64,000 nt of DNA from a virus (taxonomy: Duplodnaviria > Caudoviricetes), in the IMG/VR virus record IMGVR_UViG_2663763243_000005, positions 1 through 64,000 of that record; one strand, written 5' to 3'. Below the pieces are notes generated by a model. It made no database searches. It was not told the DNA's origin and saw only the letters and a program-made list of their open reading frames with translations. Position numbers and translations under genes: made by a program. Shown here in pieces: positions 38,745-48,259 of the stretch (its first letter is position 1; the number at the start of each line of letters is the position of its first letter).

Positions 38745-38829
38745 AAGTGGGCCTTGGTTCGTACTCATGACCTTACCTGTGGGTATGAATGGCCGTTAGT
38801 AGCTACAACTACCAGCGGTCGCCCACCTT
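38745..38829 (+). ncRNA. Putative structured RNA (three-way junction) antisense to the ParB-Mom leader
   Basis: Outer stem GTGGGC/GCCCAC encloses two hairpins whose G-U pairs only form on the + strand. Confidence 0.5.
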
Positions 38830-38898
38830 CCTAAATAAAAAAACCACCAGCAACCATGCTCAGGGTGAGCGGAAGGTGTTACTGATGGCTTTGCTTGC

Positions 38899-38937
38899 GC
38901 ATTATCAATGGCACTCAGTGAATGCTATTGATAATGC
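38899..38937. repeat. Long inverted repeat typical of lambdoid late regions
   Basis: GCATTATCAATGGCA-CTCAGTGAA-TGCTATTGATAATGC. Confidence 0.6.
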
Positions 38938-39194
38938 TATAGTTCTGCTATTCACATGCTCATTTCTAGATTTTTACCACAGTGGGCTATATAAACCTCA
39001 GAAGTCGGAAATTACCCTCAAGGGTTTATTTATCGCCTCAACGCAAGCTTTAGACAAAATGTTTTTTGGCAAAATATATGAGGAACTATTGTTTAGTTGC
39101 TTTCCAGTTAGGCCTCACTATAAGTTTCCTTGATCAAAATTGAGGAGACTTATACTTTCATCAGCATATGAAAAAATCTTAGGAACAACATATC

Positions 39195-39704
39195 GTGGAG
39201 AAAGAATTAGTTAGTCAACTTATTACCGCAGGAGCGGCTCTCTTTGGATCGCTTGTTGGTATCTTTGGCGGCTTTTTTTCAACAAAGCATTTGACCTCGT
39301 TGACCCAAAGAAGAGAGGCTTCAAACATCGAGAACGGTTTGACTGCCGAAGTATTGTCTATTGCAGCCGTTTGGCGTATTGATGAGCTTCATGAAATGTT
39401 CAAAACATTATTAACCCCATCTAATTTAAAACCATCAGATTGGCCAAGGAAAATTGTTCGGCATATACCAAAGGGAATGAATGTTATTTTTGAGTCAAAT
39501 GTTTCTAAGATTGGTATGATACGACCAGAACTAGCATCTCTTGTTATTCAGTTTCATCAATCAATGAATGCTATTGAAGTCCTTTTTATGGCAAAACGTA
39601 GCGGATTTGAGTCAGTGTTTACAGACCATGATGCTGTACGTGTTTTTAACTTTATCTGTCAGGCCAAAAGACACAAAGATGGAATTATTGCATTAGCTAG
39701 CTGA
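39195..39704 (+). CDS. Hypothetical moron with N-terminal TM helix
   Basis: LITAGAALFGSLVGIFGGFF followed by a helical domain; antisense to the late operon. Confidence 0.7.
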   Translation: MEKELVSQLITAGAALFGSLVGIFGGFFSTKHLTSLTQRREASNIENGLTAEVLSIAAVWRIDELHEMFKTLLTPSNLKPSDWPRKIVRHIPKGMNVIFESNVSKIGMIRPELASLVIQFHQSMNAIEVLFMAKRSGFESVFTDHDAVRVFNFICQAKRHKDGIIALAS

Positions 39705-39811
39705 ATAGATGTGTTGATTTTTCTGGTTCTGGGAATTTTTTGTCTTTGTTCCTCATCCATTACAGAGAACTTAACCATTGTAATGGATATAAATAACCGC
39801 CCGTAGGCGGT

Positions 39812-40219
39812 TCAGTCAGGTAGACCAAATTTCTTTTTCGCATACGACTTTAGCAGCTCAATTCCGATATCCTTTAGGACAGTAATTGGCTGCTCGCCAA
39901 TCTGTTTTAGCTTTTCAAAAACACTTTTATCTTGCAGGGCAGACGCAAAGTCATAGCCATCTGACGTTAGTCTGACGGTTGTATTCCATGAATCAATTCT
40001 ATTTAACGTATACATAAGTCCTAGCTTTTTAGGGTCATATAAAACCAAATCAATAGTACTCACGTAACCTTTTTCTATCAGCATCAAATAATGGAAATAT
40101 CCTTTCTCCGATGAAATATCGAATCCTTTTTCCTCTAACTCTTTCGTGCTTACAAAAGGCATTTCAGAACCTGAAAAAACTTCAAGCATACGTTTGAGGT
40201 ATTCTAAATCTGTCTTCAT
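39812..40219 (-). CDS. DUF2513-like protein
   Basis: MKTDLEYLK..L, RLTSDGYDFASAL....VFEKLK. Confidence 0.75.
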   Translation of the reverse strand: MKTDLEYLKRMLEVFSGSEMPFVSTKELEEKGFDISSEKGYFHYLMLIEKGYVSTIDLVLYDPKKLGLMYTLNRIDSWNTTVRLTSDGYDFASALQDKSVFEKLKQIGEQPITVLKDIGIELLKSYAKKKFGLPD

Positions 40220-40403
40220 TTATGGTGTCCCTACTTTACGAAGCGTAGCTCATGGTAAATGATTAATCATTAATGACAAATTTTTCACATCTAAGTATAC
40301 GATCAGAATTTTTCCGCAGGGTTACGGTGCTTCACAGCATGACTCTCAAACTTCTCGTGTTTACGGCCTTAAGTTGGGTCATCAAAGTATTGAGGATCCA
40401 TAT

Positions 40404-40532
40404 TTAACCTGAGTAAATACTGATGTGAATGAAACTGAACAGCCACAGAATGAATTCAATCACTCCCCAGCCAACAACGGCGCAGATGCAGCCAAGAATA
40501 ATAAAAATCCCTGTACCCGGTAAGTTATACAT
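40404..40532 (-). CDS. Small membrane protein (42 aa) coupled to o-spanin
   Basis: Not in ORF track. MYNLPGTGIFIILGCICAVVGWGVIEFILWLFSFIHISIYSG; ATG overlaps the Rz1 stop. Confidence 0.55.
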   Translation of the reverse strand: MYNLPGTGIFIILGCICAVVGWGVIEFILWLFSFIHISIYSG

Positions 40533-40795
40533 TACGTTTTTCTCCCAGAATTCTGCCGCCAACTAATGACCTCATCCAGCCGCCCCTTACAAATCCGCAG
40601 CTCATGCTTCAATGCCAGCGCATACAGCCCGCTATCGCCCCAAGTCGTACCGACGAACTCCGGTACCTCGCATTCAGTTAATACTGATTCTGGCGGTAAC
40701 AATACAGGACAGGTTGCTGGTGGACGTGGTAGCGACTTACTCGCGCAAGATGTTAATGCTAGCGTCAGGCATGCGCTGAATAGCACACTTATCAT
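40532..40795 (-). CDS. o-spanin (Rz1-like lipoprotein)
   Basis: Lipobox ALTSC, Pro-rich, overlaps the i-spanin 3' end. Confidence 0.85.
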   Translation of the reverse strand: MISVLFSACLTLALTSCASKSLPRPPATCPVLLPPESVLTECEVPEFVGTTWGDSGLYALALKHELRICKGRLDEVISWRQNSGRKT

Positions 40796-41069
40796 CTGAC
40801 GACGCCGCCAGAAACCGCTTAAGCCGGTCTTCACTTTCATTGCGTAGTTTCCTTTCTTTATCTAACTGGCGGGCGGTGGCTGCTCGGTTGGCGGCTTCAT
40901 TCACCTGGTATGCATCGATGATGTTGCCCAGTGCTGTGTTTGTGGCTTGCTCATCACTCAGCGCTTTTTCCGCTTTTTGGATATCATTTGAGAGGCGATA
41001 ACTGTTAAAGAACAGAGCCGACACAACCACCACCAGCACAGCAATAAGTATTCCAATGGCCTTATTCAT
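40737..41069 (-). CDS. i-spanin (Rz-like, DUF2570)
   Basis: N-terminal TM, coiled coil, C-terminal CA...MP. Confidence 0.85.
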   Translation of the reverse strand: MNKAIGILIAVLVVVVSALFFNSYRLSNDIQKAEKALSDEQATNTALGNIIDAYQVNEAANRAATARQLDKERKLRNESEDRLKRFLAASSDDKCAIQRMPDASINILRE

Positions 41070-41595
41070 CCAGCCCCCAACAGGTCAGCTCACTTTCCTG
41101 TGCACGGCGTTCAATCTGCCCGTAACAGTTATTTGAGCGGATATTGCAATCCTTACCACCATCTCGAACCCAGCGTTTGATTTCAGCGCATGCACCTCTA
41201 CGGTCGCCAGCATTGAGTTTTCGATAGAACGTGGAGGTGAGACATTTACTCGGGCCGATGTTATAGGGACAAAACGAAGCGATACCGGCAATCTGTGGTT
41301 CAGTCAGCGGTACCCGGACATTTATCTTTACCCAATTGATAGCCTTGTCAGCCTCCAGCTTATTTACCGCAGCGCATTTCTCCGCTGACAGCTTCATCCC
41401 TTTCACTACCGGTTTGCCATCAACTTGAGTCGCACCACGGCAAACAGTCCAAATCCCCTTTCCATCTGGATAAGCTACCAGCCTGTTACCCTCTTTCTCA
41501 TCCAAAAGCTGATCAAGAATTATTGTGGCCGGTGCTGCAACCATAATCAGAGCCAGGACAGTCGCGCTCAATTTGCTTTTTGTCGAGGCCATCAC
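41062..41595 (-). CDS. Endolysin (GH24, SAR-type)
   Basis: EKEG..L.AY.D..GIWTVCRG.T, SFCPYNIG, GQIERRAQESEL. Confidence 0.93.
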   Translation of the reverse strand: MMASTKSKLSATVLALIMVAAPATIILDQLLDEKEGNRLVAYPDGKGIWTVCRGATQVDGKPVVKGMKLSAEKCAAVNKLEADKAINWVKINVRVPLTEPQIAGIASFCPYNIGPSKCLTSTFYRKLNAGDRRGACAEIKRWVRDGGKDCNIRSNNCYGQIERRAQESELTCWGLDE

Positions 41596-41807
41596 TCACC
41601 ATCCGGTTTATAGCCGTGGCGTCTGTCCCAAATTTTCACGCCAGCATTAAGCAAAAATGTCAGGGCCATAAAAAACAAAGAGCCAAGTACGCCGATAACT
41701 GTCCACTCATCAGGTGTGAATCCAGCAATCAGCTCTTTAACCCAAAAAATGAAACTACCACCCGACACGGTATAGGAGACCGCTGTTGTTATATTGCTCA
41801 TTTTCAT
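41592..41807 (-). CDS. Holin, dual-start MKM
   Basis: GGGGGAG RBS, MKMSNITT...TPDEWTVIGVLGS, two TM segments. Confidence 0.88.
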   Translation of the reverse strand: MKMSNITTAVSYTVSGGSFIFWVKELIAGFTPDEWTVIGVLGSLFFMALTFLLNAGVKIWDRRHGYKPDGE

Positions 41808-41913
41808 AGTCTCCCCCTCCCTGATGGGTTGGGTTGGGTGTGAAGCGGAAAGAAAATACGCCACAATCACATGATAATTATGTGTATTGCAGATTATCTG
41901 GGCGCAAAAACGG

Positions 41914-42010
41914 AAAAACCCCGCAAAAAGCGAGGTTTTTTTGAGTTGTGTAAGCTACGTGACTAAGTAACTATGCTTATCAGAATATAACTATTTTTGC
42001 GTACGCGTTA
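41914..42010 (-). promoter_or_regulatory. pR'-like late promoter/Q-binding region and tR' terminator
   Basis: TAACGCGTACGCAAAAA element, then AAACCTCGC-TTTTT-GCGGGGTTTTT; same layout as 1125-1220. Confidence 0.65.
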
Positions 42011-42090
42011 TTTTTTTTGTATTGTATTTTTGGAACAAGTTTTTTCAACTAGTAACATTCAGCAATTATTCACTTATACAAGGAAGAAAA

Positions 42091-42906
42091 ATGAATTTCA
42101 GTGATACTAAAAGTAGTGAGTTTCCTAAAAAAACTGTTGTTAATGTATTTGAAGTAAATCAAGACTCCAGTAACTCACTGTTCTCCTCTTTGCAACAGTG
42201 TGCGAACTTCAAGCAAGATGCCGAATTTAAGATAAACTCGACTAGAACTATACGTATACGTAAGATTAACTACGACGGAAATAACTGCTACTGTCACATT
42301 ACTTTCTACAATCCAAAAGAAAGCGTATCCATAACGCCAATAACGAGCACTGCGCTGGATTTATTAGATGTGGATAACTACGACACTTGTCATCTATTTA
42401 TGCTTGTGAATGGAAATCGTATACGTGCAATATCACAAATATCCTATAACTGGATGGATAAAAAAATAAAATTATTTTTAGATCAATTGAGTATTTACGT
42501 AAAACCAACTGTAGTATTAGACCAAGAAGTAATTCAATCGATTAAAGATGAAGGATTTTCATCATTACATGTAAATGCAACCATTCACTCAACTACATTT
42601 AAAGATGATGCTATAACAGGTATTTTTAGAAAGGTTCCCAAGGCAGGAAGTAATGGCATTTATGGGAATATCACTTTTTCATCTAAAAATAATCCTGCAA
42701 TCGCAGTTTCAGTTGAGAATAACACTCAGTCTTGGGTTGATGATTTAGGCTCTGATTTTTATATAAAAACAAAAAAAGGACAAAAAATAACTGGCGATAA
42801 AATAAAACTCCATAGGATGTATTATACTTTACCCTATGGTTCTAAAACAATAACTTCCTCATCTGCTTTTGAAATTCTTTATCATTTTAAGTTAAATGTG
42901 TTATAA
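42091..42906 (+). CDS. Hypothetical AT-rich soluble protein (moron gene 1)
   Basis: ~271 aa ORF with AAGGA RBS, opposite strand to the phage late genes. Confidence 0.75.
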   Translation: MNFSDTKSSEFPKKTVVNVFEVNQDSSNSLFSSLQQCANFKQDAEFKINSTRTIRIRKINYDGNNCYCHITFYNPKESVSITPITSTALDLLDVDNYDTCHLFMLVNGNRIRAISQISYNWMDKKIKLFLDQLSIYVKPTVVLDQEVIQSIKDEGFSSLHVNATIHSTTFKDDAITGIFRKVPKAGSNGIYGNITFSSKNNPAIAVSVENNTQSWVDDLGSDFYIKTKKGQKITGDKIKLHRMYYTLPYGSKTITSSSAFEILYHFKLNVL

Positions 42907-42941
42907 TTAAATGAGTAACAAGATGAAAGAGGGTTGTTATA

Positions 42942-43451
42942 ATGAAAATTAAAGATCTCGATTGGAAATTAATTTCAACCCTAATTATATTTATAATACT
43001 GTCTATTTGCTTTTCTTTTTTCTTGGGAAGAAATCTTTCATCAAATGAAAATGCATTAAATTTAATTGCGAACGTATTTGCCGTTCTGAGTGGTTTTTTA
43101 TTGTTAGTTATAACAATGACTAGTGACACTGCATCTATTTCCTCAGGATTATCACAAACTGAAAAAAACAATCAAAAAACAAGATTTAACATAAGATTCA
43201 AACGATACTATTTACTTTTTTCATTGTATTTTTTCGTTTTGTTAATGATTTTCATTTACTACATAATATGTAAAAAACCTAATGCTATTGATTCATTAAT
43301 ATTAACTTATTTTCGTATATCGTTAGAGTATTTAATTGCATTTTTCACATCACTATCATTTTCACTTTCCTTATTGATCCCAATATTGATAAGAGAGCTG
43401 TACTTCGAAAAAATAGAGCTCTCAGAAAAAAAAGATAATCATGATGACTAG
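42942..43451 (+). CDS. Hypothetical 4-TM membrane protein (moron gene 2)
   Basis: Four hydrophobic segments, GAGGG RBS, 35 bp after gene 1. Confidence 0.75.
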   Translation: MKIKDLDWKLISTLIIFIILSICFSFFLGRNLSSNENALNLIANVFAVLSGFLLLVITMTSDTASISSGLSQTEKNNQKTRFNIRFKRYYLLFSLYFFVLLMIFIYYIICKKPNAIDSLILTYFRISLEYLIAFFTSLSFSLSLLIPILIRELYFEKIELSEKKDNHDD

Positions 43452-43453
43452 GT

Positions 43454-43861
43454 TTAGTCTTGACCTATATTTCTATCAAGAATACACAATACCCCACCAA
43501 TAAACCCTATTGCCGTTTGCATCTCTTTCCTGATTGTCCCATCTGAGCACTTACGCCTTTTCGCTATCATTCGCAGTGAAACACCGTATACATAGTGCAA
43601 AATCACCAGCTCATACTCTTCTGGTTTATACTTTTTCAATCGCGCCACACAGCCATCAATCATAATGCCGTCATCATCACAGCACTGTGGCCGTGATTTG
43701 TTGGTATATGGGAGTAGCCCCTTAAAGCCTGCGGCAATAGGTTGCCAATCTACCTGGCTATTATCATTAGCGGCCCATGCTCCCCAAAGCTCCAATAGAT
43801 ATTGAATATCCAGCATTGTTTTTTCCTGCTCTGACGGCAGGCTTTGCGGTGCGGCTCTCAT
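43454..43861 (-). CDS. Late antiterminator Q
   Basis: DIQYLLELWGAWA, IAAGFKGLLP, CCDDDG, CSDGTIRKEMQTA.GFI.G. Confidence 0.93.
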   Translation of the reverse strand: MRAAPQSLPSEQEKTMLDIQYLLELWGAWAANDNSQVDWQPIAAGFKGLLPYTNKSRPQCCDDDGIMIDGCVARLKKYKPEEYELVILHYVYGVSLRMIAKRRKCSDGTIRKEMQTAIGFIGGVLCILDRNIGQD

Positions 43862-44142
43862 AACTTACCTTCCTTTCGTAAAATATACTGGGTGCGCATA
43901 ACGCCCTCGGCGTGATACAGACGGGCGGTGTCACTATCAATTAAACGGGTGCGCCGGTCACATTCGTCATGACATGCACCGCATCCCCAAGCCCCCTGCT
44001 CATCAGGTGGTTTGAGGGCGGTGCCACAGGTACCCGCCAATCGGTAATGAGCCAGAACCACAGTTTCGGAATTGCCATTGCATATGCCGGGGATTCTTAT
44101 TTGACACTCACGCCCCCTTGCCTCTTTGCGTAAATTAGCCAT
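43858..44142 (-). CDS. DUF1364 (YbcO-like) protein
   Basis: LRKEARGRECQIRIPGICNGN.ETVVLAHYR, C.ACHD..D.R. Confidence 0.9.
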   Translation of the reverse strand: MANLRKEARGRECQIRIPGICNGNSETVVLAHYRLAGTCGTALKPPDEQGAWGCGACHDECDRRTRLIDSDTARLYHAEGVMRTQYILRKEGKL

Positions 44143-44150
44143 AAATCCCC

Positions 44151-44744
44151 CTACGCATAACTTAATAGCTGGCTGGCGGCATTCTCGGCAGCAGCTGGCG
44201 TGCTAAAAGTTTTGTTCAGGATAAATTGCCAAAGCACATCAAGAGTGGCTTTGTAGAGTTCAGCAAATTCGGTATCGTCCATCGAAGCAAAAGAGATCGA
44301 TTTAGGCTCTTTAAATTGCGAGCCATCCGGCATTTGAATAATGGCGTAATAACCAGCTTGAATGGTTGTCCAGCGGCGAAAAGCATCAAAGGATTTAAGC
44401 AGGGTTACGCGGTCGGCCCGCTGTTCTGCCAGGGTATCGAGGTACTGACGGGCTAATTCTTCCAGCGTATCGCTATGACCGGCATATTCTGCCAAATAGT
44501 TTACATAGCCGCGCACCAGTTTCTTTTCTTCAGGCGATATAGTGCCACCGGAGGGTGTCCAGTAATCAAAACCCAGATTCAATAAAGAGAAGTATTTACG
44601 GTGAAACTTTGGATTGCGGACCTGCTTAAAATCAGCGGTGAGAATAGCCCCCAGCTTGACTTTATAATGCAGAAAATCTCTAACATCGGGCGTGGCCGGT
44701 GTCAGTGTCTCATTGCCAGATTTGATAAACGAAAGTTGTGCCAT
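44151..44744 (-). CDS. DUF1367 family protein
   Basis: RNPKFHRKYFSLLNLGFDYW, PKSISFASMD..EF..LYK. Confidence 0.88.
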   Translation of the reverse strand: MAQLSFIKSGNETLTPATPDVRDFLHYKVKLGAILTADFKQVRNPKFHRKYFSLLNLGFDYWTPSGGTISPEEKKLVRGYVNYLAEYAGHSDTLEELARQYLDTLAEQRADRVTLLKSFDAFRRWTTIQAGYYAIIQMPDGSQFKEPKSISFASMDDTEFAELYKATLDVLWQFILNKTFSTPAAAENAASQLLSYA

Positions 44745-44817
44745 CTTGCCCCCAAGGGTGATGACACAACAACAACTTAGGTTGTCAGTTGTTCAGGCTG
44801 ACTTGGTTATTATACCG

Positions 44818-45000
44818 TTAAATATCAGGGATTGTAATGATATACCCCGCTCTTTCTGCCATCTCGATAAAGGCTGGCAGCGTTGCTATAAACTGATCGG
44901 GTTTTAATTGTGCAATACTTATTATGTTACCTTTTTCACTATGAATTACAGTTCGGCCATCCGCTGGTAAGTGTTGAATCAAGTTTTCTATAGTAATCAT
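44818..45000 (-). CDS. Phage hypothetical protein
   Basis: Paralogue of 2082-2264. Confidence 0.75.
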   Translation of the reverse strand: MITIENLIQHLPADGRTVIHSEKGNIISIAQLKPDQFIATLPAFIEMAERAGYIITIPDI

Positions 45001-45147
45001 TAAGCTAATACCTTTATGATCTCAATAACCCCATACAGGGGACCTGGTTCAACCGATTTCATGTGAATGTCAGTTAAGTAAAGTTTCATATTCTAAATAG
45101 CGGATATAACCACATAAAAAGTATGAATATCAGCAATTTCTTGTTGA

Positions 45148-47343
45148 TTATGCCGCCATCCTCCAGATACACAGCTCTGGCATATTGGCCCTTACCAGTG
45201 CCTCGGCAAAGGGTGGCGGCACCGCATTGCCACATCTTGCTACCTGTTCAGATTTGGGCCAGAGGGTGCCATCAATATCCCGATCAATAATGTAATCTGG
45301 CGGGAACCCGCTGGCGTTGTAGAGTTCACGGGCAATCAACATGCGCATACAAATATCAACGATGATGTATTCGCCTACCGATAGATATTGTGGTCGTGGT
45401 GCGGGGAATAAATGCCAGTCGTCTGGTAAATCGCTGAAATGATCCACCAGCCGAGCACAGTTCCAGGCGTTATAGCGCTGCTCGTCGCTCAGAGGTTCAA
45501 CATCAAAATTGTTTTCCACCAAGCCAAAACGCTCTTTAGTCGTCACCGCGTGTATTGGTTCCGAGAGATCTACTGAGCCACCGGTACCGTAATACTTGGT
45601 CAGAAAGGCGTTTATTATCCCGACATGATTACCGCCGGCGGTTAAGGTCGGTACCGGTTCAGTGATCGGTTTACCATCGCGGCATGTGCCGCGCAATTGC
45701 ACCAGGTGAGATGTACAAAGCGCGTGGTGATCAACCGTGGTGATGGTGTGCAATGGCTGGTTAATATTGATGCCTGCACCGGTATAATTGCCACCGTAAT
45801 GCTTTACCAAATGGGCAGCGACCATACCCATGGCATGACCATTACCACCAGGGCGAACCGATGTACCGGCGGTGACTGTGGATAATGGCTCATCACATTG
45901 TTGGCCTATAGCGCCGGTTCTAAATTTGGTTATATGCGGTGCCAGTATTGCACTGGCTAACTGGCTTTTACCTCCCCCACCCGCCGTAACGGTACCCAAC
46001 GGTGTATTGATATCATTTGCCGTACTGTTACCGAACTGACGCACAACAACAGGCGCAGCGACAGCAAAACCATGTGTTCTGGTAATGGTCTGCAACGGAT
46101 CACGTAATGATTGCCCACGGAAGCAATCATATTTGGTTTTGGTGCTGGTGTGGTTGCACTTCACCGCATACGGCTCCAGCAATAAATGCTCGGCCTTGCT
46201 GGTGATGGTGGTTAGCGGTTGGTCTATTGGATACTGCAGACGATCGCCACCGAAACCGGTTTGGCCCAACCGCACAATAAACGGATCAGGGTTATCTATA
46301 ACAAAGCGTTGCAGCCCTTTGACGATGCGCCGCAAGGTATTATCAGCCAAATCTTTCTTGCGACCGAAAATAGAGCGTGTTGGCTGGCTCCAGTCGATAC
46401 ATTCGGCCGCCGTTCGCCAAGGTTGCAGCATGCCAGAAAGCACATCCGTAGAGTTTGGTGCGCCGTGGCTAGGTTCCGGCCAGACAACCGATTCACCGTC
46501 ACAACGCCCGACCACAAACAGCCGTTTTCTGATGGTCGGTGTGCCGTAATCACAGGCTTTCAGTTCTCGATGGTCCACGTTATACCCCAGCCCTGAAACC
46601 AACCTTGCCGCTTCAGGGCCATTGATATCTATCTTCAAAAACTCACACACTTCGGTCAGCGCTGGATGATTGCCATCAATACCGGTACCCAGCATGTCAA
46701 TAAATGCCTTGAACGTTTCCCCTTTACGGGCTGGATCGGGTCGGTGATTACCCTGGCTATCCGTCAATAATGGCCCCCAGCCGCGAAACTCTTCGACGTT
46801 CTCCAACATCAGAAAGCGTGGGCGGACTGCCAGCGCCCAGCGCAATACCACCCAGGCTAAACCACGAATTTCTTTCTTAACCGGCGTGCCGCCCTTGGCT
46901 TTGGAGAAGTGGCGGCAATCAGGACTGAACCAACCCAGCAATACCGGCAAACCGCCCGTTGATATGAGCGGGTCAACACTGAAAATATCCTCAGGGTAAT
47001 GCAACGTACGTGGGTGATTGATGGCATGCATCGCCATCGCCACTGGGTTATGGTTCATGGCAATATGTGGCTCATAGCCCAATGCTTGCTTAATCCCCTC
47101 GCAGCTCCCACCGCCACCAGCGAACCCCACAACCACCAAACCATCCTGCAAATCAGGCCGCGCTACCGTGATTTCTTTACGTCGCGCCCATGCATGAGCC
47201 GCCTGTTGGATATGCTGCGGATTATCTCGATTTAAAAACATCTGGTTCATTTGGAGCAAAAGCTGTTGCTGGTGGTCGGGACTCAAAGCATGTACCGGTA
47301 TAACCGATGAGGCACATTGATTTACTTCCGTAGGCCAGATCAT
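45148..47343 (-). CDS. DNA cytosine-5 methyltransferase
   Basis: FAGGGG, SPDC.HFS, LENVEEF, R.RLF, Q..RCGNAVPP. Confidence 0.92.
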   Translation of the reverse strand: MIWPTEVNQCASSVIPVHALSPDHQQQLLLQMNQMFLNRDNPQHIQQAAHAWARRKEITVARPDLQDGLVVVGFAGGGGSCEGIKQALGYEPHIAMNHNPVAMAMHAINHPRTLHYPEDIFSVDPLISTGGLPVLLGWFSPDCRHFSKAKGGTPVKKEIRGLAWVVLRWALAVRPRFLMLENVEEFRGWGPLLTDSQGNHRPDPARKGETFKAFIDMLGTGIDGNHPALTEVCEFLKIDINGPEAARLVSGLGYNVDHRELKACDYGTPTIRKRLFVVGRCDGESVVWPEPSHGAPNSTDVLSGMLQPWRTAAECIDWSQPTRSIFGRKKDLADNTLRRIVKGLQRFVIDNPDPFIVRLGQTGFGGDRLQYPIDQPLTTITSKAEHLLLEPYAVKCNHTSTKTKYDCFRGQSLRDPLQTITRTHGFAVAAPVVVRQFGNSTANDINTPLGTVTAGGGGKSQLASAILAPHITKFRTGAIGQQCDEPLSTVTAGTSVRPGGNGHAMGMVAAHLVKHYGGNYTGAGININQPLHTITTVDHHALCTSHLVQLRGTCRDGKPITEPVPTLTAGGNHVGIINAFLTKYYGTGGSVDLSEPIHAVTTKERFGLVENNFDVEPLSDEQRYNAWNCARLVDHFSDLPDDWHLFPAPRPQYLSVGEYIIVDICMRMLIARELYNASGFPPDYIIDRDIDGTLWPKSEQVARCGNAVPPPFAEALVRANMPELCIWRMAA

Positions 47344-47840
47344 TTAGCACCCCCGCCTTTTGTTTTGGCCCTGAGTATCGAATCCACATAAAAACGCTCA
47401 CTGACATTGTGCAAGGTAAATTCCGCTACCGGTTTTTCATCGCGGGTAATATCAACATGTGGCGATTTCATCAAGCCAATCATACGCATCTGCAACATGC
47501 GCAGCGTAATGCCGTGATCCGGATAGGATTTATCAAGCGCGGCAAGAATACCGGTATAGGTCAATGTTTTACCCAGCATCACTGCCACCAGCTCACTGGC
47601 TTTTAGCCGTAGTGCTGATGATGTGTTAGATTTTTTAGCCGCTTTAGACTTCTCTGATTTCGTTGCTGCCGATGTAGGAATTACCACCTTTTTCGGCTTG
47701 ACCGGCGGCGTATAAGGCGCTCGGCATCTGGCGCGAGCCGCCATTCCCCAGGCATCAATGATGCAGGATGAATGATCACATTTGTCGTCAATCACTGGCC
47801 GATTATCATTGATAAAATTATTACAGTTATTAATTTCCAT
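47340..47840 (-). CDS. Phage hypothetical protein
   Basis: ORF in early operon with the CGAGGTATGACCAATG start motif. Confidence 0.75.
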   Translation of the reverse strand: MEINNCNNFINDNRPVIDDKCDHSSCIIDAWGMAARARCRAPYTPPVKPKKVVIPTSAATKSEKSKAAKKSNTSSALRLKASELVAVMLGKTLTYTGILAALDKSYPDHGITLRMLQMRMIGLMKSPHVDITRDEKPVAEFTLHNVSERFYVDSILRAKTKGGGAK

Positions 47841-47857
47841 TGGTCATACCTCGCTCA

Positions 47858-48256
47858 CTACAGGGAATTCTTGTAATCCGTTGCTAACTTTTGCACCCGC
47901 CGACATTGGTCTAAATCAAACATGCCGATATGGCATTGAGACATTGAAATCTCTAACTGTCCGGCCAACCATTCATATGCTTCTGGTCGCTTCATGCCAA
48001 ACTCTTGCCACAGCGGATCAAATGCGGCATGTGCCAACCGCTTCGCCGCTCGTAACTGAGCGTTAGCCAGACGGCCAAGGGGATAAGCATCACTGTTTTT
48101 GTGACAGCCCACATAGGCCCCACAAGGCGCACATGACCAAAAGAACTGTGAAGCTAAGTCTTGCCGCTGAGGGTAAATTTCATGTCCCCGCACCAGCTTC
48201 GCCCCTTTGCCGCAGTAATCGCAAAAGACCGCTCGGTTGATATTGATCGTTTCCAC
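47858..48256 (-). CDS. Zinc-finger protein (DUF3268-like)
   Basis: CDYCG, C.PC.AYVGCH, PLG.LAN..LR, AH.AFD.LW, CHIGMFD..QC. Confidence 0.85.
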   Translation of the reverse strand: METININRAVFCDYCGKGAKLVRGHEIYPQRQDLASQFFWSCAPCGAYVGCHKNSDAYPLGRLANAQLRAAKRLAHAAFDPLWQEFGMKRPEAYEWLAGQLEISMSQCHIGMFDLDQCRRVQKLATDYKNSL

Positions 48257-48259
48257 TTT

